Shown: piece after piece, positions 45,230 to 54,306 of the stretch | Layout of the letters: every line of letters begins with the position of its first letter | Position numbering within the stretch: position 1 is the stretch's first letter | NCBI GenBank assembly: GCA_902795275.1 | Contig: CADBKQ010000003.1 | Span: 69,912-133,911 of the forward strand | DNA length: 64,000 bases | DNA from: an uncultured Eubacteriales bacterium | Lineage (GTDB): Bacteria; Bacillota; Clostridia; Christensenellales; Aristaeellaceae | Direction: 5' to 3' | Position numbers and translations under genes: made by a program | The notes under the pieces: model-generated | What the model saw: only the letters and a program-made list of their open reading frames with translations | Database searches by the model: none | Told to the model about the DNA's origin: nothing

Positions 45230-45258
45230 TTGCATTTTTCGGGCGCTTATGCTATAAT
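45230..45258 (+). promoter_or_regulatory. Promoter of tRNA-Val
   Basis: TTGCAT (45230-45235), a 17-nt spacer, then TATAAT (45253-45258), 17 nt before the tRNA 5' end. Confidence 0.65.
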
Positions 45259-45275
45259 TATCCTGTTCCCTGTGA

Positions 45276-45349
45276 GGGATTATAGCTCAGTTGGTTAGAG
45301 CGCCACGTTGACATCGTGGAGGTCATAGGTTCGAGCCCTACTAATCCCA
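45276..45349 (+). tRNA. tRNA-Val (anticodon GAC), CCA not encoded
   Basis: Manual cloverleaf: acceptor gggatta/taatccc, D-arm gctc-agttggtta-gagc, anticodon stem ccacg/cgtgg with loop ttGACat, T-arm atagg-ttcgagc-cctac. Confidence 0.93.
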
Positions 45350-45354
45350 CTTTC

Positions 45355-45390
45355 CCGAAACCGTTGTGCGGCAATGGTTTCGGTTTTTTT
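45355..45390 (+). terminator. Intrinsic terminator after tRNA-Val
   Basis: ccgaaaccgttg-tgcgg-caatggtttcgg followed by ttttttt. Confidence 0.8.
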
Positions 45391-45553
45391 GTTTAGGAAT
45401 CAAAAAGAGTGATATGCAAGGCTGCGCGATCAATCGCGGCTTCGGGTTCTGTGATTCTTTCCTGGATGACGGATTCTTTTGCGGATTGCCTGGCGAAGCG
45501 ATTCAATTCTGGAAATAACGAACATAGCAAAATTCAGCGGAACCGGATGCAGC

Positions 45554-46546
45554 CTAAAACTTCAGCCTGCTTTGGAAAAAGACCATGCCCCAATAGGGCA
45601 GGTACGCGGTGCGGCGCATGAGGCGGAGAAGCGTTCCGGTATGTCCCGCGTTTTCGGAGAAGCGGTAGACATCCCCGGAAAGGGCGCGGATCGTTTTGTC
45701 CAGGTCTTTGATTTGCCGCAGGCTTTTCCGGCAGACGGGCAGGAGCAGCATGAAATGAACAGTGCCGGCGTGGTATTCGCTGACGCGCTTCCGGATGATG
45801 GGATAATTGGGATTGTTGATCTGGCCCGCGCAGTATTCCGCCAGGCGCACGTCCAGGCGGACCATCTCCGGGCAGTGCTTCGCGATGGACTGTCTGGACA
45901 TGCTCTGCCCGTCGCGGCCCATGCGGTAGCAGTACACGGAAAAATCAAAATACTGCATGGTTTTCGCCGCGGACAGGGGATAGGAAACCACCAGCGCGTC
46001 CGTGTACAAAGTATGCTCAGGCAGGTTCAGGCGGCAGGCCCGCAGCACTTCCGTGCGGAAGGTCATGGCCCACATGCCGAAATCGCTCTTCGCGGTGAAG
46101 CGGGACAGGTCTTTCACATCGCCGCCTTCCTCGGCGTAATAGTCGCGGAGGGTCAGGTGTTCCGGGTCGGGGCCGGTCTGGTAGTTGGTCATCACGATGT
46201 CCGCGCCGGTCTTTTCCAGGACTTCAACCAGCTTGACCAGTCCGTCGGAATCGAACCAGTCATCCCCGTCCAGCAGCTTGAAAAAAGCGCCGGTGGCGTG
46301 GGCCAGGCTGTAATTGACCGTAGAGCCGTAGCCGCCGTTTTCCTTGTGCACGGGAAACACGGAGGCCGGATAGCGCTCCGCGAACCGTCGCGCGATGTCC
46401 AGCGTGCCATCCGTGCCGCCGTCGTCCACCACGAAGATTTCCAGCCGGTCAATGATTTCCGGAACGCACACGGAAGAAAGCGCCTGTTCAATGAACGCTT
46501 CCACATTGTACGCGGCGATCGAGATCGTCAAAAGCTTGCCGGTCAC
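45554..46546 (-). CDS. Family 2 glycosyltransferase
   Basis: LTISIAAYNVEAFIEQALSSV...VVDDGGTDGT (GT-A DxD region). Confidence 0.85.
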   Translation of the reverse strand: MTGKLLTISIAAYNVEAFIEQALSSVCVPEIIDRLEIFVVDDGGTDGTLDIARRFAERYPASVFPVHKENGGYGSTVNYSLAHATGAFFKLLDGDDWFDSDGLVKLVEVLEKTGADIVMTNYQTGPDPEHLTLRDYYAEEGGDVKDLSRFTAKSDFGMWAMTFRTEVLRACRLNLPEHTLYTDALVVSYPLSAAKTMQYFDFSVYCYRMGRDGQSMSRQSIAKHCPEMVRLDVRLAEYCAGQINNPNYPIIRKRVSEYHAGTVHFMLLLPVCRKSLRQIKDLDKTIRALSGDVYRFSENAGHTGTLLRLMRRTAYLPYWGMVFFQSRLKF

Positions 46547-46565
46547 TGTCTCCCCCGCTTTCCGC

Positions 46566-47579
46566 TCAGCGAATCTTATTGTACAAAGCCCAGCTCTGAT
46601 AAAACGCGAAATATCCCAGCCCCAGCAGCCGGATGGCCAGCTTGTCGCGCTTCGGCGCGCGCGGGTCGGCGCAGACCGCCGGGCCGCTGTTCAGCACGGC
46701 TGTGCGTAGTTCGTCCCTCAGGCCCCGGTATGCCGACGGGCAATGCTCCATATATCGCAGCACGCTCAGCCGCGCGTGGGTCAGGCGGCGTTCGCAGGCG
46801 GGCTTCAGATCAGGATACGCCCGAAGGGCGGTATCCGCCAGCCGTTCCACGGCTTCAATAAATTGCGTGGTCTGGTCGGAAAAGCCCCGGTTCACAAGGG
46901 AGCCTTCCCGCTGCACATAATGGTATTGGGGCTGTCCGCCGTACACGTACACAGGCGTGGACAGCAGCACGTCCCCGAAAATCCAGGTATCCTCGTACAG
47001 CCTGCCTTTGGGATACCGCAGCGTATCGAACACGGAGCGATGGCAGAGCTTGCCCCACCCGCTCACGTCCACCCGGTCATGGTACAGCGCCGCTTCAAAG
47101 GCTTCACGGGTGGAAAACGCCCGGGTTTCTTCCGGGTATTCCGGGCGGCTTTTCCCGTTTCGCTCCACAAAGTGGTTCGCCTGGCTCACCTTGCAGCCCG
47201 GCGCGCTTTGCAGGAGGAACAAAAGATAACTGAGATAAGCCGGCTCCACGTAATCGTCCGCGTCAATGAAGGAAAGGTACTCGCCCCGCGCCGCGCCGAT
47301 GCCCGCGTTGCGCGCGTCGGACAGGCCGCCGTTTTCCTTGCGGATGTACCGAACGCGGCTGTCCGCTTCCGCATACTGTTGGCAAATCGCGCCGCAGCCG
47401 TCCGGGGAGCCGTCGTCCACCAGGATCAATTCATAATCCTCCATGTCCTGCGCCAGGATGGAATGCACGCACTTTTTCAGGTACGCTTCCACCCGGTAGA
47501 CCGGCACGATCACGGAAATCAGGGGCTTCTTTTCCTGCGTCAATTCTTTTTCCATTTTCTCAGCATGTTCTTCATCCAT
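46566..47579 (-). CDS. Family 2 glycosyltransferase
   Basis: ISVIVPVYRVEAYLKKCVHSIL...LVDDGSPDGCG. I place the start at MDEEH (47579), with 47555 as an alternative. The track start at 47795 runs into the flippase gene. Confidence 0.82.
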   Translation of the reverse strand: MDEEHAEKMEKELTQEKKPLISVIVPVYRVEAYLKKCVHSILAQDMEDYELILVDDGSPDGCGAICQQYAEADSRVRYIRKENGGLSDARNAGIGAARGEYLSFIDADDYVEPAYLSYLLFLLQSAPGCKVSQANHFVERNGKSRPEYPEETRAFSTREAFEAALYHDRVDVSGWGKLCHRSVFDTLRYPKGRLYEDTWIFGDVLLSTPVYVYGGQPQYHYVQREGSLVNRGFSDQTTQFIEAVERLADTALRAYPDLKPACERRLTHARLSVLRYMEHCPSAYRGLRDELRTAVLNSGPAVCADPRAPKRDKLAIRLLGLGYFAFYQSWALYNKIR

Positions 47580-49000
47580 GCGGCCACCTCCAGCGCCAGC
47601 GGTTCCCGCATCAGCAGCAGCGCGCCGCCGTAAGCGCCGAAGAACAGCGCCGCCGCCAGCGCCAGGATAACGACCGCATGCCAGCGAAGCAGGGTGAGCC
47701 AAAAAGAGCAAAGCGCCGCGGGGAGCAGGGCAAGCAGCATTTTCCCATACGGAATGCCGGAAAACACCTGCTGCGCCTCCTTTCGCAGAAACCACAATTG
47801 CATCAGCAGCACGGCGGCTTCCGCCGCCAGGGTGCCGACGGCGGCGCCCACCGCCGAATACGCCGGGATCAGCAGGGCGTTGAGAATGAGGTCCACCAGC
47901 GCTCCCGCCGCCACGGAATACAGCACGCAGCGCTCCCGGTCGGTGGGCACCATGATTTCAATGCCCAGGATGTTGGTGCAGCCGATCAGCAGCAGCGTGG
48001 GCATCAGCATGCGCATGGGCGCGACGGCAGGCAAAAATTCCGGGCCGGAGAGCAGCAGGATAGTCGGCCCGGCAAATATCAGGAAGAACGCCATGCAGGG
48101 CAGGGCGGCCAGGAACACAAAGCGCAGCGCCTTGCGGCTCATGCGCAGGAAATCGTCCATCCGCCCGTAATGGACGTAATAAGACGCCCGGGGCAGCATC
48201 ACCGTGCCCAGGGACGTGATCACGCCCACCAGCAGGGACTTGACCCGCACCGAGGCGTTGTAGATGCCCACATCCGCTTCGCTGCGCATGAAGCCCAGCA
48301 TCAGCACATCCAGGTTGGTATACACCGTGGTGGCGCAGGCCATGGCAAAAAAGACCAGCACCGGCTTCATATGGCGAAGCAGGCTGTACCCGCCCACGGG
48401 ACGGAAGCCGATGTATTTCCGGGCAAAAACCAGGTTGACCACGCTGGACGCGGAGGCCGCCGCGACGGACAGCGCGCCGTAAACCACGTAATCCGATTCT
48501 TCCTTCACCAGCAGGAACACCAGCGCCAGGGCAATGACCTTGCAGATCAGTGTCCGAACGGCGATATAGGCGTACTGCTCCAGGCCCTTGTACAGCCATT
48601 CCATGCCCAGGGAGGTGAGCAGGATGGAAACGCTCATGAGGATGTAGAGCTTCTTTTCCCCTTGCAGCCGCGGCACCGCCGACAGCGCCAGGAAGAAAAC
48701 CAGGTAAACGGCGGCGTTCATGATCAGGTTGATCATGAGCAATTCATGGGCCGTCCGCGTCAGTTCCTCCCGGCTGTCCCGCGCCTTGGCCGCGGCCCGC
48801 ACGCCGTACTCCGGAATGCCCAATTGCGCGAACATGGAAAACCAGGCGATCAGCGACGCGGCGAAGGTAAACTTTCCCATGCCCTTCGGCAGCAGGATGC
48901 GCGCGGCGTACAGATACGTGACCACCGGGAACAGCGCGTTGGACAGCGACACGAGGACATTCATGATGAAATTTTTCTTGATGGAAATCTGTTTCCTCAC
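47540..49000 (-). CDS. Wzx-like oligosaccharide flippase (MOP superfamily)
   Basis: 486-aa ORF with about 12-14 TM helices and a Polysacc_synt-type N-terminus (NFIMNVLVSLSNALFPVVTYLYAARIL). Confidence 0.85.
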   Translation of the reverse strand: MRKQISIKKNFIMNVLVSLSNALFPVVTYLYAARILLPKGMGKFTFAASLIAWFSMFAQLGIPEYGVRAAAKARDSREELTRTAHELLMINLIMNAAVYLVFFLALSAVPRLQGEKKLYILMSVSILLTSLGMEWLYKGLEQYAYIAVRTLICKVIALALVFLLVKEESDYVVYGALSVAAASASSVVNLVFARKYIGFRPVGGYSLLRHMKPVLVFFAMACATTVYTNLDVLMLGFMRSEADVGIYNASVRVKSLLVGVITSLGTVMLPRASYYVHYGRMDDFLRMSRKALRFVFLAALPCMAFFLIFAGPTILLLSGPEFLPAVAPMRMLMPTLLLIGCTNILGIEIMVPTDRERCVLYSVAAGALVDLILNALLIPAYSAVGAAVGTLAAEAAVLLMQLWFLRKEAQQVFSGIPYGKMLLALLPAALCSFWLTLLRWHAVVILALAAALFFGAYGGALLLMREPLALEVAAWMKNMLRKWKKN

Positions 49001-49728
49001 GTTTTCGACCCTCGTATTTTCCGAAGGAGAAAGCCGCCGCCCTTGACGAGCCAGTTTTCCTTTTCCGTGCGGTACACCTTGAGCTCCTTGTACGGCATGT
49101 TTTCCGTCTCGATCCAGGCGTCCAGCAGCCGCTCCGCCAGATACCCCATCATCCGCGGCGCGGGAGGGTTCAGGCGCTTTTCCGTTTCAAACAGGATGCT
49201 GAACAGCCAGGCGCAGTAAGCGTCCAGCTCCTTCCGCCGCATGATCATCATGTTGAAGCGGTGCCCGGCGGTTCTTCCCATGCTGCGGTCAAAGGCGGGC
49301 AGATACGCGGGATACAGATCGTTCAGCGCGCCGCGCAGGGCGTCCAGGCTTTCCCGCCCGTGGGCGTGGACAAACTGGCTTTCTCCCGTTTCGATATAAT
49401 AGTTCCGCTTTTCCGGCAGGATGACCGGCGTTTCGTTCAGCAGCCTTTGCAGCGTTTCTTCCCGCGCCGGTTCGTTTTTGCCCGGCTCCCGGAAATAACG
49501 GCGGTAGTGGCACAGGCCCAGGGCGTCCGCGTCCAGGTTTTTCCAGACCCAGTACAGCGCCGTCATCTCGCAGTAAACGCCGTTCTTTTCGCTGATGTTT
49601 TCGCCCGCGTCGTCCCCCTGGCAGGCCATGCGCTCATGGCACGCGGCCCCCGCCTGCACGGGCAGGTACATGGAGCCCCCGGGCATGGGATAGGGTTTGT
49701 GGGTGGCAACCACGATTTTGATGTTCAT
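48997..49728 (-). CDS. DUF4422-family polysaccharide biosynthesis protein (putative glycosyltransferase)
   Basis: MNIKIVVATHKPYPMP...ENISEKNGVYCEMTALYWVWKN...LCHYRRYF. The track N-terminus (MYTIFPNPYSLIPNPS) is a translation of repeat H. Confidence 0.8.
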   Translation of the reverse strand: MNIKIVVATHKPYPMPGGSMYLPVQAGAACHERMACQGDDAGENISEKNGVYCEMTALYWVWKNLDADALGLCHYRRYFREPGKNEPAREETLQRLLNETPVILPEKRNYYIETGESQFVHAHGRESLDALRGALNDLYPAYLPAFDRSMGRTAGHRFNMMIMRRKELDAYCAWLFSILFETEKRLNPPAPRMMGYLAERLLDAWIETENMPYKELKVYRTEKENWLVKGGGFLLRKIRGSKT

Positions 49729-49755
49729 TTCTTTTTCCAGCCCTTTCGGGTAACA

Positions 49756-49865
49756 GGAGGGATTAGGGATTAGGGAATAGGGATTAGGGAAGATAGTGTA
49801 CAATACGATTGGAAGTAAACGAAAGAGTAAAACAAAATGACTAATCCCTATTCCCTAATCCCTCC
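49756..49865. repeat. Heptad-arm palindromic element, copy H (TAGGGAT class)
   Basis: The left arm ggagggattagggattagggaatagggattaggga (49756-49790) is the inverted repeat of taatccctattccctaatccctcc (49842-49865). Loop is 51 nt and matches the reverse complement of the copy E loop. Confidence 0.9.
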
Positions 49866-49905
49866 TTCGTTACATAAATCGCCCCTCCAAGCCGTCCTCG
49901 CCCAA

Positions 49906-51096
49906 TCAAATCACTCGCAGATACTTCCGGTTCAGGCGTCCTTCTTTTCCCAGGGCGATGAGGCGGGCATAGCGCTCCACGGCCTTTTCCATGATGCCGT
50001 CCCAGGGGATGGGAATGGTTTCCCTGGCGCTGTCGCCCACAGCCTTCAACCGTTCCGGCTGATCAAGCGCGGCGGCAATGACCCGCGCCAGATCCAGCGC
50101 TTCATTTTCGCACAGGAATCCGTTCTGCCCGTCGCGGATGATTTCGGCGGCGGTGCTGCCCCGCACCATCACGGACGGCGTGCCCATCACGGCGGCCTCC
50201 CGCACCACCATGGGCGCGGCGTCGTACAGGGACGGGAAGCAGAACAGCGTCGCCCGGCTGTACAGGGCGTCCAGCAGGCTCATGTCCGTGATGTGGCCCG
50301 CCAGATGCGTGCGGTCATGCAGGTTCAGCCCGTTGATCTTCATTTCGATTTCCCGCATGTCCGGCCCCTGGCCCGCCAGCACCAATTGGAATTTCCGGCC
50401 TTGCGCTTTCAGGGCGGCGCAGGCCTCCAGCACGGTGAGGATATTCTTTTTCCAGTTCATCTGCCCGACGAACAGCAGTACCGGGTCCTTTTTCAGCCCC
50501 CAGCGGCGGTTGGCCTCCTCCACCGCTTTGGGGTCCACATCCCGCAGGGACACCCCGTTGGGCATCACCTGAATATCCCCGTCGTAGCCGTACTCATGCA
50601 GCACGTCAGCGGTGTTTTTCCCCACCGCCCACACTTCGTCGCAGCGGTTGTAGAAATCCACCACAAACTTGACCCCCGCTTTCGCCAGGGTTTCGGACTT
50701 GGTGACTTTCAGGAAGTCGTCGTAATACTTGGAATGGAACGTGGCTACCAGCGGAATCTTCCGCAGCACCGCCAGGCGCAGCGCTTCGCTGCCCGCGGTG
50801 AAGGGGCTGTGGGCGTGAACGATGTCCAGTGGAATCATGCGCATCCGCTTGCGATAATGGGGATCCCAGGGGGCTTCGCCGGTCTTGTACTGCCCCATGC
50901 CCGGCACCTTCCGGGCGGAAAAATCCACCAGCTCAAAGGGATACCCGCCCCGATACCCCGTGTCGTACATGGGCGCGACCACCGTCACCTGGTGGCCCAG
51001 CTTGCATAAGGTTTCCGAGTAAGCCAGCGCCACCCGGCCCACGCCGTCCACAATGGGCAGAAATGTATCTGTAAATTGACCGATCCTCAATGTCAT
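49906..51096 (-). CDS. Family 4 (GT-B) glycosyltransferase
   Basis: MTLRIGQFTDTFLPIVDGVGRV start with a C-terminal EAAVMGTPSVMV motif. The track start at 51153 is an extension. Confidence 0.85.
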   Translation of the reverse strand: MTLRIGQFTDTFLPIVDGVGRVALAYSETLCKLGHQVTVVAPMYDTGYRGGYPFELVDFSARKVPGMGQYKTGEAPWDPHYRKRMRMIPLDIVHAHSPFTAGSEALRLAVLRKIPLVATFHSKYYDDFLKVTKSETLAKAGVKFVVDFYNRCDEVWAVGKNTADVLHEYGYDGDIQVMPNGVSLRDVDPKAVEEANRRWGLKKDPVLLFVGQMNWKKNILTVLEACAALKAQGRKFQLVLAGQGPDMREIEMKINGLNLHDRTHLAGHITDMSLLDALYSRATLFCFPSLYDAAPMVVREAAVMGTPSVMVRGSTAAEIIRDGQNGFLCENEALDLARVIAAALDQPERLKAVGDSARETIPIPWDGIMEKAVERYARLIALGKEGRLNRKYLRVI

Positions 51097-51277
51097 TTTT
51101 CTTTCTCCAAGTAAATCATGGTTCAGGGATTGCGGTACGCTCGGCGGCTTCATTTCCGATTTTTCCAGCCGTCCTTGGACGTCCGTGTCCCATTATAGCA
51201 TAGAATCAGCTTTGAAGAAACAGTTTTTTCAAATCTTTCGATGATCGTGTTTTTCTTCAAAAAAATAGCATCACATC

Positions 51278-51318
51278 ACAAAAAGCCCGCAAGGCCGAAG
51301 AAGGGCCTTACGGGCTTT
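51278..51318 (-). terminator. Intrinsic terminator after the SH3b-domain gene
   Basis: On the minus strand: aaagcccgtaaggcc-cttcttc-ggccttgcgggcttt followed by ttttgtg. Confidence 0.75.
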
Positions 51319-51339
51319 GCTTTTCCCTTTGGAACAGGA

Positions 51340-52455
51340 TCACTTTTTCACAGGCACAAAATCAACGTCCGTCAGGAAGTCGACGCACATCTGAATCTGG
51401 GCTTCGGAAAGGGTCTGGTTCTTCGCTTTGGGATTGGGCGTCATGTTGAACTCGACGAAATACCCTTTATAGATTCCCAGAATATCCACGAAATCGGTAT
51501 CCGAACCGGTTTCTTTGGCAACGAGCAGCTTGGTGCCGTAACCGGTCTCCCGGTAGGAAATCTCGACTTCGTTCATATCCGTAAAGGTATTTTCCAGCAG
51601 CGCCAGTTCTTCATTCGACAAATCGTTCATCCGTTCCACGCTGCTGTACGTATCGTCATAGGCGATGCTCAGATAGAGCTGCGGCTTGTTCACATCGTCG
51701 GACAGGACGGAGGCGATGATCTTTTCCCCGCGCATATTCACCGTCTGGAGATTGTAGCCCTCAGGCAGCTTGCAAGTCAGGTCGAATTCCCCGTTCACGT
51801 TCAGTGTTCCTAGCTTCAGCACGCCGCCGTTCGTTTCCTTCTCGACAACATACTTTTTCTTCATCTTCGCCGCATAGGACTTGCTGAGATAGCCCACCTT
51901 GTTCGTTTCCGGATCCCGGGCCTTGTACCAGCTGGTGGTTTCGCCCAGCACGACCAGTTCTTTTCCGTCCGGGAAAGAGGTGATCCGTTCAGTGGATGCT
52001 GAAGGGCCGGTGCGGAAATTCACCCAGCCGGAAACGCGGGTGGGGCGGACGGCGATGTAATAGGGCTCCGCCACAGCCTTTTCGCTTTTCAGCTCTTTGT
52101 CCAGCTTTGCCTTCTCTGCCGTTTCTCCTTCCTTCTTTTCCTCTTTGTGGGGCGTCGGCGCGGGGCCGGGCTTGTAGTCCACCAGGAAGTTGCTCATGAC
52201 GTAGGCGCTGCCCCAGCTTCCCCAGAAAATCCTGGACCATCCGTCATTTCCCGCATAGGACCAGTCCACCACGACGCTGTCCCCGTAGGCCAGCGAGCCG
52301 ATGATGTTGTCGGCCTTTTCGGGCGAACTGCGCACGTTGAGCGATTTGCCGTTGCTGGTTTTGACATACATCACGCTGCTTCCATCAGCAAACGCTTCGC
52401 AAACGGAAGCCGTCAGCAGCAGGAGAATCAGCGCCGCCGCAAGAAATCTCTTCAT
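51340..52455 (-). CDS. Secreted protein with two SH3b-like domains and an uncharacterised C-terminal domain
   Basis: Signal peptide MKRFLAAALILLLLTASVCEAFA. SH3b-like segments (YVKTSNGKSLNVRSSP..., VSGWVNFRTGPSAS...). Lys/Glu-rich linker. Confidence 0.65.
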   Translation of the reverse strand: MKRFLAAALILLLLTASVCEAFADGSSVMYVKTSNGKSLNVRSSPEKADNIIGSLAYGDSVVVDWSYAGNDGWSRIFWGSWGSAYVMSNFLVDYKPGPAPTPHKEEKKEGETAEKAKLDKELKSEKAVAEPYYIAVRPTRVSGWVNFRTGPSASTERITSFPDGKELVVLGETTSWYKARDPETNKVGYLSKSYAAKMKKKYVVEKETNGGVLKLGTLNVNGEFDLTCKLPEGYNLQTVNMRGEKIIASVLSDDVNKPQLYLSIAYDDTYSSVERMNDLSNEELALLENTFTDMNEVEISYRETGYGTKLLVAKETGSDTDFVDILGIYKGYFVEFNMTPNPKAKNQTLSEAQIQMCVDFLTDVDFVPVKK

Positions 52456-52501
52456 ATTTTTCCCTCCGTTACAGCCGTTGTTTTTGTTTCAGGGACGGGC
52501 C

Positions 52502-53101
52502 TTATTTTTGAGGTTCCATCTTTTTGACGATAATCAGCTCCGCCTGCGTTCCGCGGATGGCGACCTTCACATCGTCCGCCACGTGGGTGACGACGGATTT
52601 TTCCAGCTCATCCCACATTTCCCGGGCCTTCTCGTCTCTGACGGCCTGGACGCGCAGTTCATCCTGGTACGACGCCATGGACCAATCCCAGTTCAGGGTG
52701 GTGCCGGTGGTTTCGGCCATCATTTCGCTGTGGTACAGCGGAAGCCCGGGCACGTCCGCGCCCTGGTCGAAGAAGTCCCGCAGCCGGCCCATCAGGCCCC
52801 GGGCCGCTTCATTCTTGCCGGAGGTAGACGCCGCCAGCAGGTGTTCCCGCTTGTCCACGTTCATCCGCGTGCTGACGCGCAGATGCAGCTGAAACACGCC
52901 GCCGTCGTCCTCAATCCAGAATTTACCTTCCTTTTCCCCGGTGATGGAGCGCATCATGCCCATCATTTCTTCCGTCAGCAGGCGCAGATGCAGCGCGTTC
53001 TTTCCGGTCAGGCCCTTGTAAGCCGCCACCTTCTCCGCCTGTGCCAGCGCCGTTTCAATCTGGTTTCCGTTGCTTGACACCACAATCACGTCTGTTTTCA
53101 T
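52502..53101 (-). CDS. Hypothetical protein co-transcribed with the STAS-domain protein
   Basis: 199-aa ORF from MKTDVIVVSS. An alternative GTG start at 53113 overlaps the STAS stop. No family recognised. Confidence 0.5.
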   Translation of the reverse strand: MKTDVIVVSSNGNQIETALAQAEKVAAYKGLTGKNALHLRLLTEEMMGMMRSITGEKEGKFWIEDDGGVFQLHLRVSTRMNVDKREHLLAASTSGKNEAARGLMGRLRDFFDQGADVPGLPLYHSEMMAETTGTTLNWDWSMASYQDELRVQAVRDEKAREMWDELEKSVVTHVADDVKVAIRGTQAELIIVKKMEPQK

Positions 53102-53109
53102 GCTGTCCC

Positions 53110-53406
53110 TCACGCAATATCAAGGATATCGGCGAAGCCCGTCACTTCAAACACTTCCGCCACAATTTCGTTGACGTTCGTCACCTTCATGCCGCCCTTG
53201 GCGACCATCATCTTGTGCGCGGACAGAAGCACCCGCAGCCCGGCGGAAGAAATGTAGTCCAGCTTGCTGAAATCCAGGATCAGGCGCTCCGCGCCGTCCA
53301 GGGATTCCTTCAGTTCTTTTTCAAGTTCGGGCGCCGTCACGGTGTCCAGCCGCCCTTCCAGGGCCAGGGTCAGTTCCGTTCCATTCACGGTTTTGCTGAT
53401 CGTCAT
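53110..53406 (-). CDS. STAS-domain anti-sigma-factor antagonist (SpoIIAA-like)
   Basis: 98-aa ORF MTISKTVNGTELTLALEGRLDTVTAPELEKEL...LDYISSAGLRVLL, which includes the conserved Ser-containing DxISSAGL motif. Confidence 0.85.
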   Translation of the reverse strand: MTISKTVNGTELTLALEGRLDTVTAPELEKELKESLDGAERLILDFSKLDYISSAGLRVLLSAHKMMVAKGGMKVTNVNEIVAEVFEVTGFADILDIA

Positions 53407-53611
53407 GATCGTTTCCTCCTGTCATCATTGTGTTTATTCAAGCGCAAAAGCGCATGTCAACCATGTACAAATGATTATACCACAGCCTGTCCAGCAGATG
53501 TCCAGCAAAAAGTTTTCCGTACGCTTATTTTGTGTCCATGATGATTATACCATTTTTTTACGCTCATGGCAAGTAAGAGATCAGCCCATTTGTCCGCCCC
53601 CCGCAATTTAT

Positions 53612-53685
53612 TTTTTCGACTTTCGGTCGAAAAACTCTTGACAGCCCTTCGCCGCTGTGATAGGATAATAACCGACCGATGGTCG
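53612..53685 (+). promoter_or_regulatory. Promoter of the TetR gene flanked by two related palindromic operators
   Basis: IR1: tttttcgac-tttcg-gtcgaaaaa (53612-53634). TTGACA lies at 53638-53643. IR2: cgacc-gat-ggtcg followed by aaaaa (53673-53690). Both share the GGTCGAAAAA half-site. Confidence 0.55.
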
Positions 53686-53702
53686 AAAAAAGGAGGCCGA
53701 GG

Positions 53703-54293
53703 ATGAAAAAAGGCGAGCGAAGAAAGCGGGAGCTGCTGGAAATCGCGTACAGGATGTTCATTGCCCGGGGATACGAAAACACCAGCGTGGACGACATTAT
53801 CGCGGAAGCGGGCATCGCCAAGGGCACGTATTACTATCACTTTGAGAGCAAGGAACAGACGCTGGAGGAAGTGATCGGCATGATGATCGAGCAGGAAACC
53901 GAAGCGGCAAAGCAGGTCTTGCAGGCGGACATCCCGGTGCCCCAGAAGATCGTTGGCATCATCGCGTCCCTCCGCCCCCGGCAGGAGGAGCAGCCCATCG
54001 AAGGCGCGCTGATGCGGCCCGAGAATCTCATCATGCACAGCAAAATCAAGCGCAGGCTGATAGAGACTGTGGTGCCGCTTTTGTCGGAAGCGGTGGAACA
54101 GGGCATCGCGCAGGGCATTTTTTCCTGCGACTGCATCCCGGAGCGGGTCAGGATGCTGATGACCGTCAGCAGCGAAACCTTCGACGAGGGGCGCTTTTCC
54201 CAGCGGGACGTGGCGGTGTTCATCGACATGACCGAAAAGCTGCTGGGCGCGAAGCCGGGTACCATGGGCTTTATCCGGGAACTGATTCGCTGA
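53703..54293 (+). CDS. TetR/AcrR-family transcriptional regulator
   Basis: MKKGERRKRELLEIAYRMFIARGYENTSVDDIIAEAGIAKGTYYYHF with an AGGAGG RBS. The track start at 53679 is an extension. Confidence 0.9.
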   Translation: MKKGERRKRELLEIAYRMFIARGYENTSVDDIIAEAGIAKGTYYYHFESKEQTLEEVIGMMIEQETEAAKQVLQADIPVPQKIVGIIASLRPRQEEQPIEGALMRPENLIMHSKIKRRLIETVVPLLSEAVEQGIAQGIFSCDCIPERVRMLMTVSSETFDEGRFSQRDVAVFIDMTEKLLGAKPGTMGFIRELIR

Positions 54294-54306
54294 AAGGAAA
54301 GGAACG

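Noticed and set aside
40669-45235. Longer N-termini given by the ORF track for several genes (for example 40202-40669, 44222-45235, 57238-58530, 23795-25159, 61025-61750, 10992-11960).
   Set aside because: The internal starts have proper RBS spacing and match the conserved family N-termini. The extensions overlap neighbouring genes or promoters.
53612-53690. The two GGTCGAAAAA-containing dyads as another copy of the repeat family.
   Set aside because: They are short (about 23 and 13 bp), non-heptad, and bracket the -35 and +1 region of the TetR gene. Ordinary TetR autoregulatory operators are the simplest explanation.
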